64,000 nucleotides of DNA from an uncultured Bacilli bacterium (GTDB taxonomy: Bacteria > Bacillota_I > Bacilli_A > RF39 > UBA660), in the NCBI GenBank assembly GCA_934168275.1, contig CAKPNA010000002.1, positions 46,779 to 110,778 on the forward strand. The letters run 5' to 3'. This document shows positions 9,285-20,238 of this stretch, one piece after another. The first letter of the stretch is position 1, and each line of letters starts with the position of its first letter. The translations under genes and the position numbers were made by a program. Below the pieces are notes generated by a model. That model was given only the letters and a program-made list of their open reading frames with translations. It was not told the origin of the DNA and did no database searches.

Positions 9285-10704
9285 TTGATACCTCTTTCTT
9301 AGTTATTATCTTGTTAAAAATTTTCTTATAAATTAATTGGAAGCTTCCTCTATTTGCAAAAATTACAAATATAATCAAAAATAATTGTATAATTATAACG
9401 TATTTCTGATTAACATAAGTTGAAATTGCCATCACTAGCAAAATAATAAAATTCATTATTTTATTTTTAGTTAAATATTTAATTTTCACATATTTTTTAG
9501 TATCATCTATTCTGTAAATAAATACTCCAATATAACTTACACAAGTCGCTAAAGAAGCACCCATTATTCCAATCTTAGGAATCAAGATAGAATTCAAAAT
9601 AACATTTAAAACTGCTCCAATAATTGATGACTTTAAAAAACCATTACTATCCTTACTAGCAGAATATTCGTTTGCAATAAAAGAGCCTAATGTTAAAAAT
9701 AAAGTACCAATTAATAGTGGTGGAACATATCTCCATGCCTCATAAAATGATTCTCCAACATACACCTTCATCAGTGGTTTCAAGATAAATAATAATAGCA
9801 CAGTTGATAATGTAATAGCAAAGTTAAGTGAATTATAAACTGAATTAGTATATTCATTTTTATCCTTACTCTCTTTTTCTTTTACTGCTGAAAATAGCCA
9901 CGCTTGATTAAAAATTGTTGTAAAAGTAATGACTATTGAAGGAATTTTATAAGATACTGCATATATACCATTCGACTCTATATTAATTAAATATGTAACC
10001 ATTACTTTATCTAGAGAATTCATTATCCACCACATTAATGAATTTGGAATCAGCAATATTGAATATTTTAGCATGTCTTTTAATACTTTTTTATCCAATT
10101 TTTTAAACGATACTTTTTTTATTAAATTTTCTTTAATTATTATTGCAAAAGAAACAATAAAATGAGAAATAATATAAGATAAGAGATATCCTTTTATTCC
10201 AAGTGAAAATTTTACTAAAAATAAAATATTTAAAATAGCAATTAAAAAGGTTTGAACTAATCCCATGACAGAATAAAAAAGTAATTCTTCTTTTCCTCTA
10301 ACATAACACATAAAAATGGTTGAAGATGTCATCGAAATCAAATACAAAGATAAAAAAGTCGAGAAATTTGATGTAATATTCCAAAATGCAAATGCAGGAA
10401 TCATTACTAAAGATATAGCACAGGCTATTAGAAAAAATAGAAATCCTATATTTATTATCTGCCTATCATCAGAATTCTTATCCATTGAGAATCTCATAAC
10501 TGCTTCAGATATATTTAAAGAAATTATTGGCAACAATATTGTTCCAACTGTTGTTACTAAATCTATAGTTCCATACTCTTCAACAGTTAAAATGTTGGTG
10601 TAAAATGGAACAAGGAAAAAGGTTATTAATTTGGAACCAAAATTTCCAATTGAAAATATTAATGTATTCTTTATAAGATATTTATTTCTTGATTCTTTTT
10701 TCAT
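9271..10704 (-). CDS. Wzx-type polysaccharide flippase (MOP/PST family)
   Basis: About 12-14 predicted TM helices, 477 aa, located in the cps locus beside a Wzy-like gene. Confidence 0.7.
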   Translation of the reverse strand: MKKESRNKYLIKNTLIFSIGNFGSKLITFFLVPFYTNILTVEEYGTIDLVTTVGTILLPIISLNISEAVMRFSMDKNSDDRQIINIGFLFFLIACAISLVMIPAFAFWNITSNFSTFLSLYLISMTSSTIFMCYVRGKEELLFYSVMGLVQTFLIAILNILFLVKFSLGIKGYLLSYIISHFIVSFAIIIKENLIKKVSFKKLDKKVLKDMLKYSILLIPNSLMWWIMNSLDKVMVTYLINIESNGIYAVSYKIPSIVITFTTIFNQAWLFSAVKEKESKDKNEYTNSVYNSLNFAITLSTVLLLFILKPLMKVYVGESFYEAWRYVPPLLIGTLFLTLGSFIANEYSASKDSNGFLKSSIIGAVLNVILNSILIPKIGIMGASLATCVSYIGVFIYRIDDTKKYVKIKYLTKNKIMNFIILLVMAISTYVNQKYVIIIQLFLIIFVIFANRGSFQLIYKKIFNKIITKKEVSNDNR

Positions 10705-10719
10705 TTTAAATTATACCCT

Positions 10720-11805
10720 TTACAAATTTTCTTTCAAATAATTAATTGTATCTTCTTTTGCCTTTTGAATTATATTATTGGTTTTAGCATAATCTATTTC
10801 AGTGTTATATAGTCGTTCAATATCATCTAAATTATAAACAATTCTACCCGTTTGTGCTAGTGATTTTAACAAAGAGTTAAGTTTATTAAAATTAGAATCT
10901 CTGATTATAGTACAAAATTTATTGTTCATTTTAATTGAAAAAATTGTACCATGAAAAGTATCCGTAATTATATAATCAGCAAATTTAAAATAACTCAAGA
11001 CATCAAAAGGAGAAACAGCGATGTTTTTATCTGCAATTTCTTGATAAAAACCTAAACTTATTATCTTTTTATTATGTTTTTTAGCAAACTCTTTTATATA
11101 TTTTCCCTCTGATTTAGAAATTCTTCCTTGATATGCATATAAAATTATATAATTGTCATCAGGTTTAACAGATTTTATTTTATTTGAATAATCAGATATT
11201 ATTACAGGATCAAAACTAACTAATGGCTTAACTCCTGTTAATTTTTCAACTATTTTTTTTGAATTTTCATCTCGTACTGAAATTTTATAGAACTTTTTCA
11301 ATAATTGTGATATATCATCATCGATATTATAGCCTTTTAGCATATCAAGCGTAGTATATCCAAAACTGGCAGCATAGGAAATAACTTTTGAACTTTCAAA
11401 ATTCTTGCCAAATAATTCTAGTGAATATCCAACTGGATAGCCTTGCAAACAATTAAATACTTCATCACTTCCGATTACCAATGTGTCAATTTTTTTATTA
11501 TAGTTATAATCATCAGTAACATTCAAAAGTTTTAAAGCATCCTTTATGCTATTTTTAAAGTTAATATATTGCTTTTTTCTTTTATAAAATTTTACTATAT
11601 TTATATTTTTTTTCAATTTACTTAATAATTCATTTTTTTTACTTTTAACCAATGCGCATTCATAATGATAATCTATAAATTCAACATCATAACCTAATTG
11701 TCTTATCGTATTATAAAGTCCATAAGCCTGTAAATATGAACCATAATTAATTATTCTTTGCATACTCATAATTCCTACTTTTTTCATCTTTTTTCCTCCT
11801 CGCAA
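10720..11805 (-). CDS. Polysaccharide pyruvyl transferase family protein
   Basis: N-terminal 'VGIMSMQRIINYGSYLQAYGLYNTIRQLGYDVEFIDY' parallels the 17727..18848 product and the PS_pyruv_trans N-terminus. Confidence 0.65.
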   Translation of the reverse strand: MRGGKKMKKVGIMSMQRIINYGSYLQAYGLYNTIRQLGYDVEFIDYHYECALVKSKKNELLSKLKKNINIVKFYKRKKQYINFKNSIKDALKLLNVTDDYNYNKKIDTLVIGSDEVFNCLQGYPVGYSLELFGKNFESSKVISYAASFGYTTLDMLKGYNIDDDISQLLKKFYKISVRDENSKKIVEKLTGVKPLVSFDPVIISDYSNKIKSVKPDDNYIILYAYQGRISKSEGKYIKEFAKKHNKKIISLGFYQEIADKNIAVSPFDVLSYFKFADYIITDTFHGTIFSIKMNNKFCTIIRDSNFNKLNSLLKSLAQTGRIVYNLDDIERLYNTEIDYAKTNNIIQKAKEDTINYLKENL

Positions 11806-12998
11806 ACTTCATATATTTCTTGTTTATCACAAGAAATATATGACAAAAATAAATAAAATAAAGGGTTAAATGTAATTTCTACTGTTCCCAAAAACACCAT
11901 CATGTAAAACCCTACTATGAAATAAATTTTTTTTCTTGTAGCCTCTTTGTTTAATCTAGAAATGTTTGAAAAAGATTTTTTTATAAAATTCAAAAAAAAT
12001 GCACAACCAATAATTCCAAAATATAACATATATTCCAACAAAGCATTTTGAGCATCATATGCATATGAATTAGTACGTATCTTCATAGTGTTTTTAAAAA
12101 TCGAATAAACATTGTTAAAACCATAACCGAACAACCAATGTCCTTTAAAATAACTAAAGATATTCTTGTATACAATTAGTCTTCCAGACAAATCACTGTT
12201 TTTATTGAAAACATCCTCAATAACATATTTTATTAATGGTAAATTAACAATAAAATTGCTAAATAATAAAACAACTAAGGCACTAAGCACAATCGCTAAA
12301 ACTGCCATTGAAGATCTTGCTAAATGCCCGGTAACCTTCAATTTATTTTGGAAGCCAAACATTAAAAAGAAAAATAGAAAAAATATTCCAACTATTCCAG
12401 TACTACATTTTACTCTAATGCAAACATAAAAATTAAATATAAACAATGATAAAACTATTATTCTATAAATAAAACCATTTTTCTTAATTGAATCAAGGCC
12501 ATATGAAAAAAACAGTATCGATGCCAAAGCATTATAAGAAACCAAAAATTTACTTCCTATAAAATAATTTAAATCATTATACCAAGCTGCTAATGGATAC
12601 TTATTTGCATAAATTATAGTAATAATGCTTAAAAAAGTAGATACGAAGAAATAAATAATAGCCATTTTCTTTTCGCATTTCAATTCGCAAACATATTCTG
12701 TAAATAAAAGAATATCTATAATTTTTAAACAGTAAAGAATTGTTCCATCTATATTTTTTAGATTAATTAGCGATGAAATTATTGCAAAAATGCAAAAAAG
12801 ATACAAAGCTATATTAATTTTGTTATATTTTTTGTTGTTGAAAACTAAACCTTTTAAACTCAGATATATTAAAATCAATATGCAAATGGCTAAAGAAATA
12901 AAATTTATGTTGGGTGCATAAGCAAATTTTGTTACACAAAAAAGATATAACAAGACTCCAAAAACCGGATATAAGGAAAATTTAATTGTTTTGTTCAT
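11784..12998 (-). CDS. Wzy-type repeat-unit polymerase / O-antigen ligase-like membrane protein
   Basis: 404 aa polytopic membrane protein with a large loop. Positioned between the Wzx and glycosyltransferase genes. Confidence 0.6.
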   Translation of the reverse strand: MNKTIKFSLYPVFGVLLYLFCVTKFAYAPNINFISLAICILILIYLSLKGLVFNNKKYNKINIALYLFCIFAIISSLINLKNIDGTILYCLKIIDILLFTEYVCELKCEKKMAIIYFFVSTFLSIITIIYANKYPLAAWYNDLNYFIGSKFLVSYNALASILFFSYGLDSIKKNGFIYRIIVLSLFIFNFYVCIRVKCSTGIVGIFFLFFFLMFGFQNKLKVTGHLARSSMAVLAIVLSALVVLLFSNFIVNLPLIKYVIEDVFNKNSDLSGRLIVYKNIFSYFKGHWLFGYGFNNVYSIFKNTMKIRTNSYAYDAQNALLEYMLYFGIIGCAFFLNFIKKSFSNISRLNKEATRKKIYFIVGFYMMVFLGTVEITFNPLFYLFLSYISCDKQEIYEVCEEEKR

Positions 12999-13001
12999 TT
13001 T

Positions 13002-14033
13002 TTACCCTTTCAACTTCAAATAAAAATTATATAACGGTGTTATGTAAGCAAACATTACATATTGTATTTTTCTACTTAATGATAAATTTTTATTTTTTAG
13101 AACTCCTCGTGTATATTTTCTTGCTTCTTTAACATCTATATCTGCATCAATTTTAATTCTTTTTTTGACCTTGTCATTGTATAATGTTAACTTTGCAAAT
13201 GCGCACCCAGTTTCACCTTCATTAATGATTCTTGGATAATTTGATTTTATGTAATTTAATTGTTCTAAAGATGCATAGTAATGGTCCATATTTACTTTTT
13301 TATTTCTAGTAATACTATTTGCTCTTTGAAAATAATGATATTTTGCTTCGTTCAATACAGTAATTTTATTTGCTTTACTAAACAGCAAATAAATTGTATA
13401 AAAGTCCTCACACAACTTGCCGACAGGAAATCTTATGTTACCGAATAGTTTTATATTATAAAATTTATTGCATGCACTAACATCGAAACATTTAAAAGAA
13501 TTCAATAACGCGATTGATTCCTCAGAATTATATATCCCAGAAACAGTCGGAATCCTAACTTTTTTCTTGCCATTATCGTAATCTTTACTAATGCCAAATA
13601 TAACAATATCTGCTTTATCTTTTATTGCTTTAGCCAATGACAATTCAACTGTGTCATTTTCAATCCAATCATCACTATCAATAAACATTATATAATTGCC
13701 TGTTGCCCTTTCAATACCGTAATTTCTAGCATCAGATAATCCACCGTTTTTTTTGTGAAATACTTTTATTCTATTATCATTACTACTTAACTTTTCACAA
13801 ATTTTTCCGGAATTATCAGTTGAACCATCATCAATTAATATTATTTCTAAATTTTGATAAGTTTGTTTTAAAGCACTATTTACACATTTTTCAACATATT
13901 TTTCCACATTATAAACTGGAATAATAATACTTATGAGGTCATTCATCTTATTACTTACATCTCCTTTTAATTTATTAAATCTATTCATTAACAATTTTCG
14001 AAAGCAATTCCTCAAATTTTTTTGCTTGAACAT
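13002..14033 (-). CDS. Glycosyltransferase family 2
   Basis: 'ISIIIPVYNVEKYVEKCVNSALKQTY...ILIDDGSTDNS' is the GT-A signature; DxD 'DSDD'. Confidence 0.8.
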   Translation of the reverse strand: MFKQKNLRNCFRKLLMNRFNKLKGDVSNKMNDLISIIIPVYNVEKYVEKCVNSALKQTYQNLEIILIDDGSTDNSGKICEKLSSNDNRIKVFHKKNGGLSDARNYGIERATGNYIMFIDSDDWIENDTVELSLAKAIKDKADIVIFGISKDYDNGKKKVRIPTVSGIYNSEESIALLNSFKCFDVSACNKFYNIKLFGNIRFPVGKLCEDFYTIYLLFSKANKITVLNEAKYHYFQRANSITRNKKVNMDHYYASLEQLNYIKSNYPRIINEGETGCAFAKLTLYNDKVKKRIKIDADIDVKEARKYTRGVLKNKNLSLSRKIQYVMFAYITPLYNFYLKLKG

Positions 14034-15057
14034 TTATATTAAAATCATCATTTAATTTTAATTTATCATTTCGTTCCATATTATTAATATTTTTAATCCA
14101 GTCATCAATATTTTTTCTATCTAAATATACCGTATTATCACTTATTTTACATTCATCAGATATAGTATCAGAAAACAAACAAGGTAATCCATTTGCTTGT
14201 GCTTCAACACCAACAACTGGTAAGCCTTCAAATAGTGATGGAAGTAAAAAATAGTCAAAAGCAGAGTAATACTTATTTACATTTGGAGTTTCGTCAATAA
14301 ATATAAATTTTTCCCCAACATTTTCTTCTTTAGCTTTTTTAAGAAATTTACTTTTTAACCCCCCGGTGCCAACCATCATTATTTTGAAATCAGAATTTAT
14401 TTTTTTTGCAAAATCAATAAAGAAAAAAACATTTTTTTGTTTAACAAATCTACCAACAAACCCTATTACTTTTTCCTTATCATCAATGTTAAATTTATTT
14501 CTTATTTCATTTCTAGATTTTACATCAAATTTAAAGTATCCGTAATCTACTGCATTATTTACTACTATAAAATTATTGGATTTAAATATTTTTTGACCAG
14601 CTAGCTTTGAACATGCAAACTTATATTTACAAAATTTATTTACCTTTTCTTGCAAAAAATTACCTATAATATTTTTTATCTTATTATCTGATGATTGTGT
14701 ACCATGAGCATGAATTGCGAACTCATTAATACCGTATTTCTTTGCTTCTTCATAGAAAAAATATGTTTGATATCCAACATTGCTATATACTAAATCATAA
14801 TCATTATGATGTTCAAAAAATTTAGCAATCTCTTTTTTGTATTTTGTTAATCCAACTTCTCTTACATATGGCAAACTATAAACTTGTATTCCTTTTTTTC
14901 TAAAAAAATCAATATATTTTTTTGATGGTCTTAAATTATTATATATAATTTCTATTTTAAATTTATCTAAATTATAATTCTTTATATAATTAACAATGAA
15001 TGCTGCAACTCCATTTGCTTGAGTTAAAGTTGGTATAATAAATAATATTTTTTTCAC
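13981..15057 (-). CDS. Glycosyltransferase family 4 (GT-B, retaining)
   Basis: C-terminal 'FLLPSLFEGLPVVGVEAQANGLPCLFSD' is the EX7E motif region of GT4 enzymes. Confidence 0.8.
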   Translation of the reverse strand: MKKILFIIPTLTQANGVAAFIVNYIKNYNLDKFKIEIIYNNLRPSKKYIDFFRKKGIQVYSLPYVREVGLTKYKKEIAKFFEHHNDYDLVYSNVGYQTYFFYEEAKKYGINEFAIHAHGTQSSDNKIKNIIGNFLQEKVNKFCKYKFACSKLAGQKIFKSNNFIVVNNAVDYGYFKFDVKSRNEIRNKFNIDDKEKVIGFVGRFVKQKNVFFFIDFAKKINSDFKIMMVGTGGLKSKFLKKAKEENVGEKFIFIDETPNVNKYYSAFDYFLLPSLFEGLPVVGVEAQANGLPCLFSDTISDECKISDNTVYLDRKNIDDWIKNINNMERNDKLKLNDDFNINVQAKKFEELLSKIVNE

Positions 15058-15070
15058 ACTTTCACCTACT

Positions 15071-16825
15071 TTATTTATTAAATAAATTCATTATCTTCTT
15101 TGCTTTTTCTTGACCAATATTCTTTTTAACAAAATCTTTTGACTTTCTAAATATTTCCGATTTTAAGTCAATTGGTTTAACTTTATTATAAAATTCATGA
15201 ATTTTTTCTGCATCTGTTTTCATTTCTGTAAAAACTTCAAATACAATAGGTTTTTGGTCATTTTTCATAAATTTATCAAGATTATTATCAAATTCTTCTT
15301 TGTTGTGAGCAGATAAATATATGAAACCATTATCCTTGACCCATCCTTCAGCAATATTATTGTGACGTGCTGGTGTATGTCTATCATCATTTTGTTGAAT
15401 TTTATTATAATAAAATTCAGAACCACCATGATTATTAATTAATAAAATATGTGTATTTTTCCCAATTACATTAATTCTTAAAGAATTCATATCATAAAAG
15501 AATGACAAATCGCCTATAACAAGAAAACTGGGTTTATTACTTGCAACTGATTGTCCAAAAAAAGAAGACATACATCCATCAATACCATGTGTTCCAATAT
15601 TAGCATATACTTTAATATTTTTTTTCAATTTAAAGAAATTAGTTATCCTAATACTATCATTGATACTTAAGTGCAATATTGAATTTTCAGGTATCTTTTC
15701 AACAACATTCTTTATAGCATATATACTTGAATAATCAAATTCTGGTATTTTTAAAGAATCATTATAATCTTTAAATTCATTAAAATATTTTTTTGTACTT
15801 TTACTATTATTATTTTCATTAAAAATTTTAAATGCTTCCTCAGGCTTACATTCAAAAATTGTGGTTAAAGATTTAAATGCATCTATAACTTTTCCATCTT
15901 CACTAATTAGCCAATGATCAAATTTCTTACAATTTTCTTTTAATTCGTTCTTTATTCCAGAAAAGATTTGACCACCAAATGAAATTACCAAATCTGGCAT
16001 AAGCTTTTCAAAAATATTTTTGGATACAACATTTGAATCCATTGATAAAATTGTATTAATAAGTTCATCATTTTCTATGTTTGACATATAATCGCCAACT
16101 AAAACAGCCTCATATTTATTTAAAAATATTTTTAACTCTATTTCAAGTTTACTATTAACGTTTGATCGTTGACCACATAATATTAAAATTTTCTTATAAT
16201 TTTTTAATTTTGTAATCTTATTTTTCCATGAATCAACATCATTTATAAACAATCTATCAATTTTTTGTGTTTTAGGTAATTCTTTAGTTATGAAAGATCT
16301 ATTATATGTATTAGTTGGAATATTTATATGAACAGGACCTTTTGCACCATTATGGTTCAATTCTAATAGCGCCTCATTTATTAATCTTTGACAATATATT
16401 TCATCGTTTTTATCATTAATTATCGGCAAATTTACTGATTTTTTTACATGTCTATCATACATTCCAACTTGATCAATTAATTGATCTTCCCATTGTCCAA
16501 CCATTCTTTGATCCCTATCACTTGTTAAAATAACAAGTGGTACATTCTGATAATATGCTTCTGCAACTGCAGGCCAATAATTACATGTTGCAGTCGATGA
16601 CGTACAAGAAATAACAACTGGTTCATTTAATTCTTGAGCCAAGCCTAATGCAAAATATCCTGCACTTCTTTCATCAACTACTGAATAGCAAGTAAAATCT
16701 GAATCTTTTTCAACACTATGAACGAACGGAAGATTTCGTGACCCTGCTGATAAAACACAATGTTTTATTCCATATTGTTTAAATAATGATATTATATATT
16801 GATAACTTTTTAATTCTGTATACAT
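15071..16825 (-). CDS. Thiamine-diphosphate enzyme of the MenD (SEPHCHC synthase) family
   Basis: N-terminal 'SAGSRNLPFVHS...VDERSAGYFALGLAQ...PVVISCTSSTATCNYWPAVAEAYYQNVPLVILTSDRD' closely parallels the MenD N-terminus as recalled from memory. TPP motif 'GDLSFFYDMNSL...LLINNHGG'. Confidence 0.7.
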   Translation of the reverse strand: MYTELKSYQYIISLFKQYGIKHCVLSAGSRNLPFVHSVEKDSDFTCYSVVDERSAGYFALGLAQELNEPVVISCTSSTATCNYWPAVAEAYYQNVPLVILTSDRDQRMVGQWEDQLIDQVGMYDRHVKKSVNLPIINDKNDEIYCQRLINEALLELNHNGAKGPVHINIPTNTYNRSFITKELPKTQKIDRLFINDVDSWKNKITKLKNYKKILILCGQRSNVNSKLEIELKIFLNKYEAVLVGDYMSNIENDELINTILSMDSNVVSKNIFEKLMPDLVISFGGQIFSGIKNELKENCKKFDHWLISEDGKVIDAFKSLTTIFECKPEEAFKIFNENNNSKSTKKYFNEFKDYNDSLKIPEFDYSSIYAIKNVVEKIPENSILHLSINDSIRITNFFKLKKNIKVYANIGTHGIDGCMSSFFGQSVASNKPSFLVIGDLSFFYDMNSLRINVIGKNTHILLINNHGGSEFYYNKIQQNDDRHTPARHNNIAEGWVKDNGFIYLSAHNKEEFDNNLDKFMKNDQKPIVFEVFTEMKTDAEKIHEFYNKVKPIDLKSEIFRKSKDFVKKNIGQEKAKKIMNLFNK

Positions 16826-16871
16826 TTCTTCCTCCTATTATTATGTATAATTTTTATATTACACCAATTTT

Positions 16872-17723
16872 TTAATTCCAATCATCATAAGTTAAAGTTG
16901 CACATCCACCAGTAACAAATACTGTTTCACCAATAATATTATTAGAAATATTACTTACCAATATAACGGAAATATTTGCAATTTCTTCTGGTGTAGCATA
17001 CCTACCATTTGGCGAACTTGGTCTATTTATATTTTCATCTCCCTCAAGCAACATATCTGTTGCAGTTGGTCCTGGGGCTATACCATTAACAACAATACCA
17101 TATTTAATTAATTCTTTAGCTAATCCCTTAGTAAAAGCATTCAAACTATTTTTAGCCAAATGATATGGAGTGATAGCAGGTCTAATAGAAGAAGATGAAG
17201 AAATATTCAAAATATTTCCTTTTATTTTATTTTTAATTAAATACTTACTATAAATTTGTGTAAGAAAATATGTGCCTTTTAAATCTGTATTAATAACCTT
17301 GTCAAATTCTCTTTCATCCATATTCCAAAAATCTTTCATACATAATACACCAGCATTATTAACTAAAATATCTATCGGCATATTTATTTTTTTCAAGATA
17401 CTATTTAAATTTTTTTCTAATTCGTTTACTTTTGAAATATCTAATTGTTCGAAGTCAATAAAAGCATTTTTATTCAATGACATTATTTCTTTTTTTGACT
17501 TTTCAAGTTTACTAATATCTCTTCCAACTATTATGACATTAGCTTCATTTAGGGCAAATAATTTTGCAATTTCTAGTCCAATTCCACCAGACCCTCCTGT
17601 AATTAAAGCAGTTCTTCCTTTCAATAGTTCCCCATGCATAACAGGAATATTAATCTTTTCTTTAATAGGCATATAACGCATGATTTCACGAATAGCTTTT
17701 TTAATATTATTTTTAAAACTCAT
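16872..17723 (-). CDS. Short-chain dehydrogenase/reductase (SDR)
   Basis: 'TGGSGGIGLEIAK' Rossmann motif. Downstream 'NNAG' and a YxxxK region. Confidence 0.8.
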   Translation of the reverse strand: MSFKNNIKKAIREIMRYMPIKEKINIPVMHGELLKGRTALITGGSGGIGLEIAKLFALNEANVIIVGRDISKLEKSKKEIMSLNKNAFIDFEQLDISKVNELEKNLNSILKKINMPIDILVNNAGVLCMKDFWNMDEREFDKVINTDLKGTYFLTQIYSKYLIKNKIKGNILNISSSSSIRPAITPYHLAKNSLNAFTKGLAKELIKYGIVVNGIAPGPTATDMLLEGDENINRPSSPNGRYATPEEIANISVILVSNISNNIIGETVFVTGGCATLTYDDWN

Positions 17724-17726
17724 AAT

Positions 17727-18848
17727 TTAACCTTCTTTCAAAACATCATATAAAAATTTTTTTGACTTATTTCTTTCAGTTTCTAAAATTTTATTAGCAT
17801 TTTCAAAATTTATTTTTTTATTTGCCAAATTAATGTTATTGAAATCATCTACTATCCTTGACTCTAACTTTGTTATTTTTAGAATACTTTTAACTCTCGT
17901 ACTATACTTTTCAGGAAAAACAATCATAAAATCGGTATTGAAATTGATTGAAAAAGCAGTAGCATGGAAAGAATCGGTAACAACATAAGTCGCATATTTT
18001 ATCAAAGATAAAAAATCTTCTACGCTAACATTACATTTCATCTCTCCTTTTTTATAAAATTCATGTAATGCATAAGAAACATAATATATTTTTAAGCGCT
18101 TTTCTCTTGCTAATTTCTCAACATACTTGTCAATTTTCTTATTTCTATTAAGGTTATATACAAAAATATAATTTTTACCCTTATACTTATCTGATGCTAA
18201 TTTTGACCACTCTTCCTTATTTAATAGAAGAGTAGGATCTAAAACATTTATGCTATTCTTTATTCCAAGATTTTCTAATATATCAACTCCAGATTTTTCT
18301 CTCATAGATATATTGGAATATTTTTCTAATAATTTTTTTGTCTCATTTTTTTCCCAATCTTCCAAATTACTTTTTCCAAAACTAGCAGCATAAGAGAAAC
18401 ATTTTTTGTTTTTGGTATCAAAATTCAAAAAGAATGGACCATCAATTTTTTCATTCCAGCCAGAATTCCATACTTGATCACTACCAGTACAATAAAAATC
18501 TGCTACTGGAGGATTTTCAATTATTTCTTGTTCAGTATAATATGTAACCGGACTCAAATTTAATTTTTCTTTTATAAATTTTTTAAATCTATTAAATCTT
18601 AAAATATAAGATGGAAACATTATGCATCTAGCAATAGTTCTAAAAATCATACTTTTTTTTAATTTGCTATTTTTGTTTTTAATTCTTTTCAACATACCAA
18701 ACATATGCATTCTTTCAGGATAATAATCAATAAATTCAACATTATACCCCATATTTTTTAAAATATCTTGTGTAGCATATGCTTGTAAGACTGAACCATA
18801 ATTTACAATTCTATGCAAAGTTATAACTTCTATTTTTTTCTTTTCCAT
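17727..18848 (-). CDS. Polysaccharide pyruvyl transferase family protein
   Basis: 'IEVITLHRIVNYGSVLQAYATQDILKNMGYNVEFIDY' N-terminus, paralogous to 10720..11805. Confidence 0.65.
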   Translation of the reverse strand: MEKKKIEVITLHRIVNYGSVLQAYATQDILKNMGYNVEFIDYYPERMHMFGMLKRIKNKNSKLKKSMIFRTIARCIMFPSYILRFNRFKKFIKEKLNLSPVTYYTEQEIIENPPVADFYCTGSDQVWNSGWNEKIDGPFFLNFDTKNKKCFSYAASFGKSNLEDWEKNETKKLLEKYSNISMREKSGVDILENLGIKNSINVLDPTLLLNKEEWSKLASDKYKGKNYIFVYNLNRNKKIDKYVEKLAREKRLKIYYVSYALHEFYKKGEMKCNVSVEDFLSLIKYATYVVTDSFHATAFSINFNTDFMIVFPEKYSTRVKSILKITKLESRIVDDFNNINLANKKINFENANKILETERNKSKKFLYDVLKEG

Positions 18849-18865
18849 GATTCCTCCATATTCTT

Positions 18866-19699
18866 TTATTTTTTTCTTAAAAATTTTCTATATATAAAGT
18901 CTCTCGAAAAATTAGGCATATAACATACAATTGCGTGGGGTATAATTGATTTTAAATATTCAAATTTAGTAAAGTAACCATTTTCCAATTGCTCTTTCTT
19001 AAATTTCTTAATGCTTTTAAAATATTTGTGTCCACCACGTCTTTTATAAAAATCTTCACCAATTCTCATATATACATATATATCTTGAATATTATAACAT
19101 TTACAGCCGTTTCTAATCATTCTTAGCCACATATCATAATCTTCGCACAAGTAATATTCTCTATAATTTCCAGCATTAATAACTGCACTTTTCTTAAACA
19201 TTACAGATGGATGTCTAAAAGGATTCCTACTTTTTGAAAATTTAATAATATCCTCATTTGTTTCTGGTAATATAACATCACAAACAACATTATCTATAGA
19301 ATCAATAAATTCTGATACATTTGTTCCGACCATTCCGATGTCTGGATATTTCTCAAATATTTCAAATTCCTTTTCAATTCTTTTCGGCAAAGAATAGTCA
19401 TCTGAGTCCATTCTGGCAATATACTCATTTGAGCATTCTTCAACTCCCCTTTTTAGTGCAGGACCTAATCCAACATTTTTTTCTATAGTAACAGTTTTAA
19501 ATTCTTTTGGATATTTTGTTTTATATTTTTCAACAACATCATATAGTTCCTTAGTTAATGGACCGTCCTCTACTAAAACAAACTCATTTGGTTTAATAGT
19601 TTGTTCAAACATACTTTTTATACTATCATCAAACCATGCAGGATTTTCTTTATGATAAACAGACATTAAAACACTATACTTTTTTTTCATAAAATTCAC
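18866..19699 (-). CDS. Glycosyltransferase family 2
   Basis: 'YSVLMSVYHKENPAWFDDSIKSMFEQT...VLVEDGP' and a DxD-type 'MDSDD'. Confidence 0.75.
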   Translation of the reverse strand: MNFMKKKYSVLMSVYHKENPAWFDDSIKSMFEQTIKPNEFVLVEDGPLTKELYDVVEKYKTKYPKEFKTVTIEKNVGLGPALKRGVEECSNEYIARMDSDDYSLPKRIEKEFEIFEKYPDIGMVGTNVSEFIDSIDNVVCDVILPETNEDIIKFSKSRNPFRHPSVMFKKSAVINAGNYREYYLCEDYDMWLRMIRNGCKCYNIQDIYVYMRIGEDFYKRRGGHKYFKSIKKFKKEQLENGYFTKFEYLKSIIPHAIVCYMPNFSRDFIYRKFLRKK

Positions 19700-20238
19700 A
19701 TCTCCTCATTTTAAAAAAATCGATACAATATACAATTATACCAATTACTGATTCATTTTTAATCAAATATATTGTATATCTCCAAATTACTAAATTATAC
19801 GTTTAGAGAGATTATACTCTTACTTCGTTAAATATAATTTCAATATGCCTTATCACTCTATTCATTGTATCTTTAGCAAAAATACTTTATTTTTTCAATT
19901 TGCTTATATCTATATACTTATTCTTTTTGAACACTTACAGCAGTCCAAAGTCGTTCTTAATTATAGCATAAAATCATAAATTTTTACCCTTTCTCAAATT
20001 TCTTCTTTCCATACGATTCATTACTACACACATCTTTTTTATTATATAGTAATTATACCAAATTAATTGCGAAGAATGTTTACTCTTTTTCACTGATATT
20101 TACTCTAAAGTATAATATTAAGTTTTAACTTACTATTATTTTAAACATCTATATACATCAGTACACTATTCTTTTTTTTATTCTACTATATATTTTAATA
20201 AATTAAAATAAGAAAAGGATACTTTCCCCGTTTATCTA

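Noticed and set aside
8124-15625. Homopolymeric A/T tracts of 8-9 nt and a C6 tract (about 14359..14364) inside cps genes as slipped-strand phase-variation switches.
   Set aside because: A/T runs of this length are expected by chance at about 25% GC and encode ordinary poly-Lys/Phe stretches. The C6 tract is short. There is no evidence of frameshifted alleles in the window.
19700-20238. Possible invertible promoter (phase-variable switch) in the 540-bp gap of the cps locus.
   Set aside because: Only a short 10-bp inverted repeat 35 bp apart was found. There are no long flanking inverted repeats and no intact recombinase nearby (the serine recombinase at 5837..6433 is a fragment), so there is no positive evidence for inversion.
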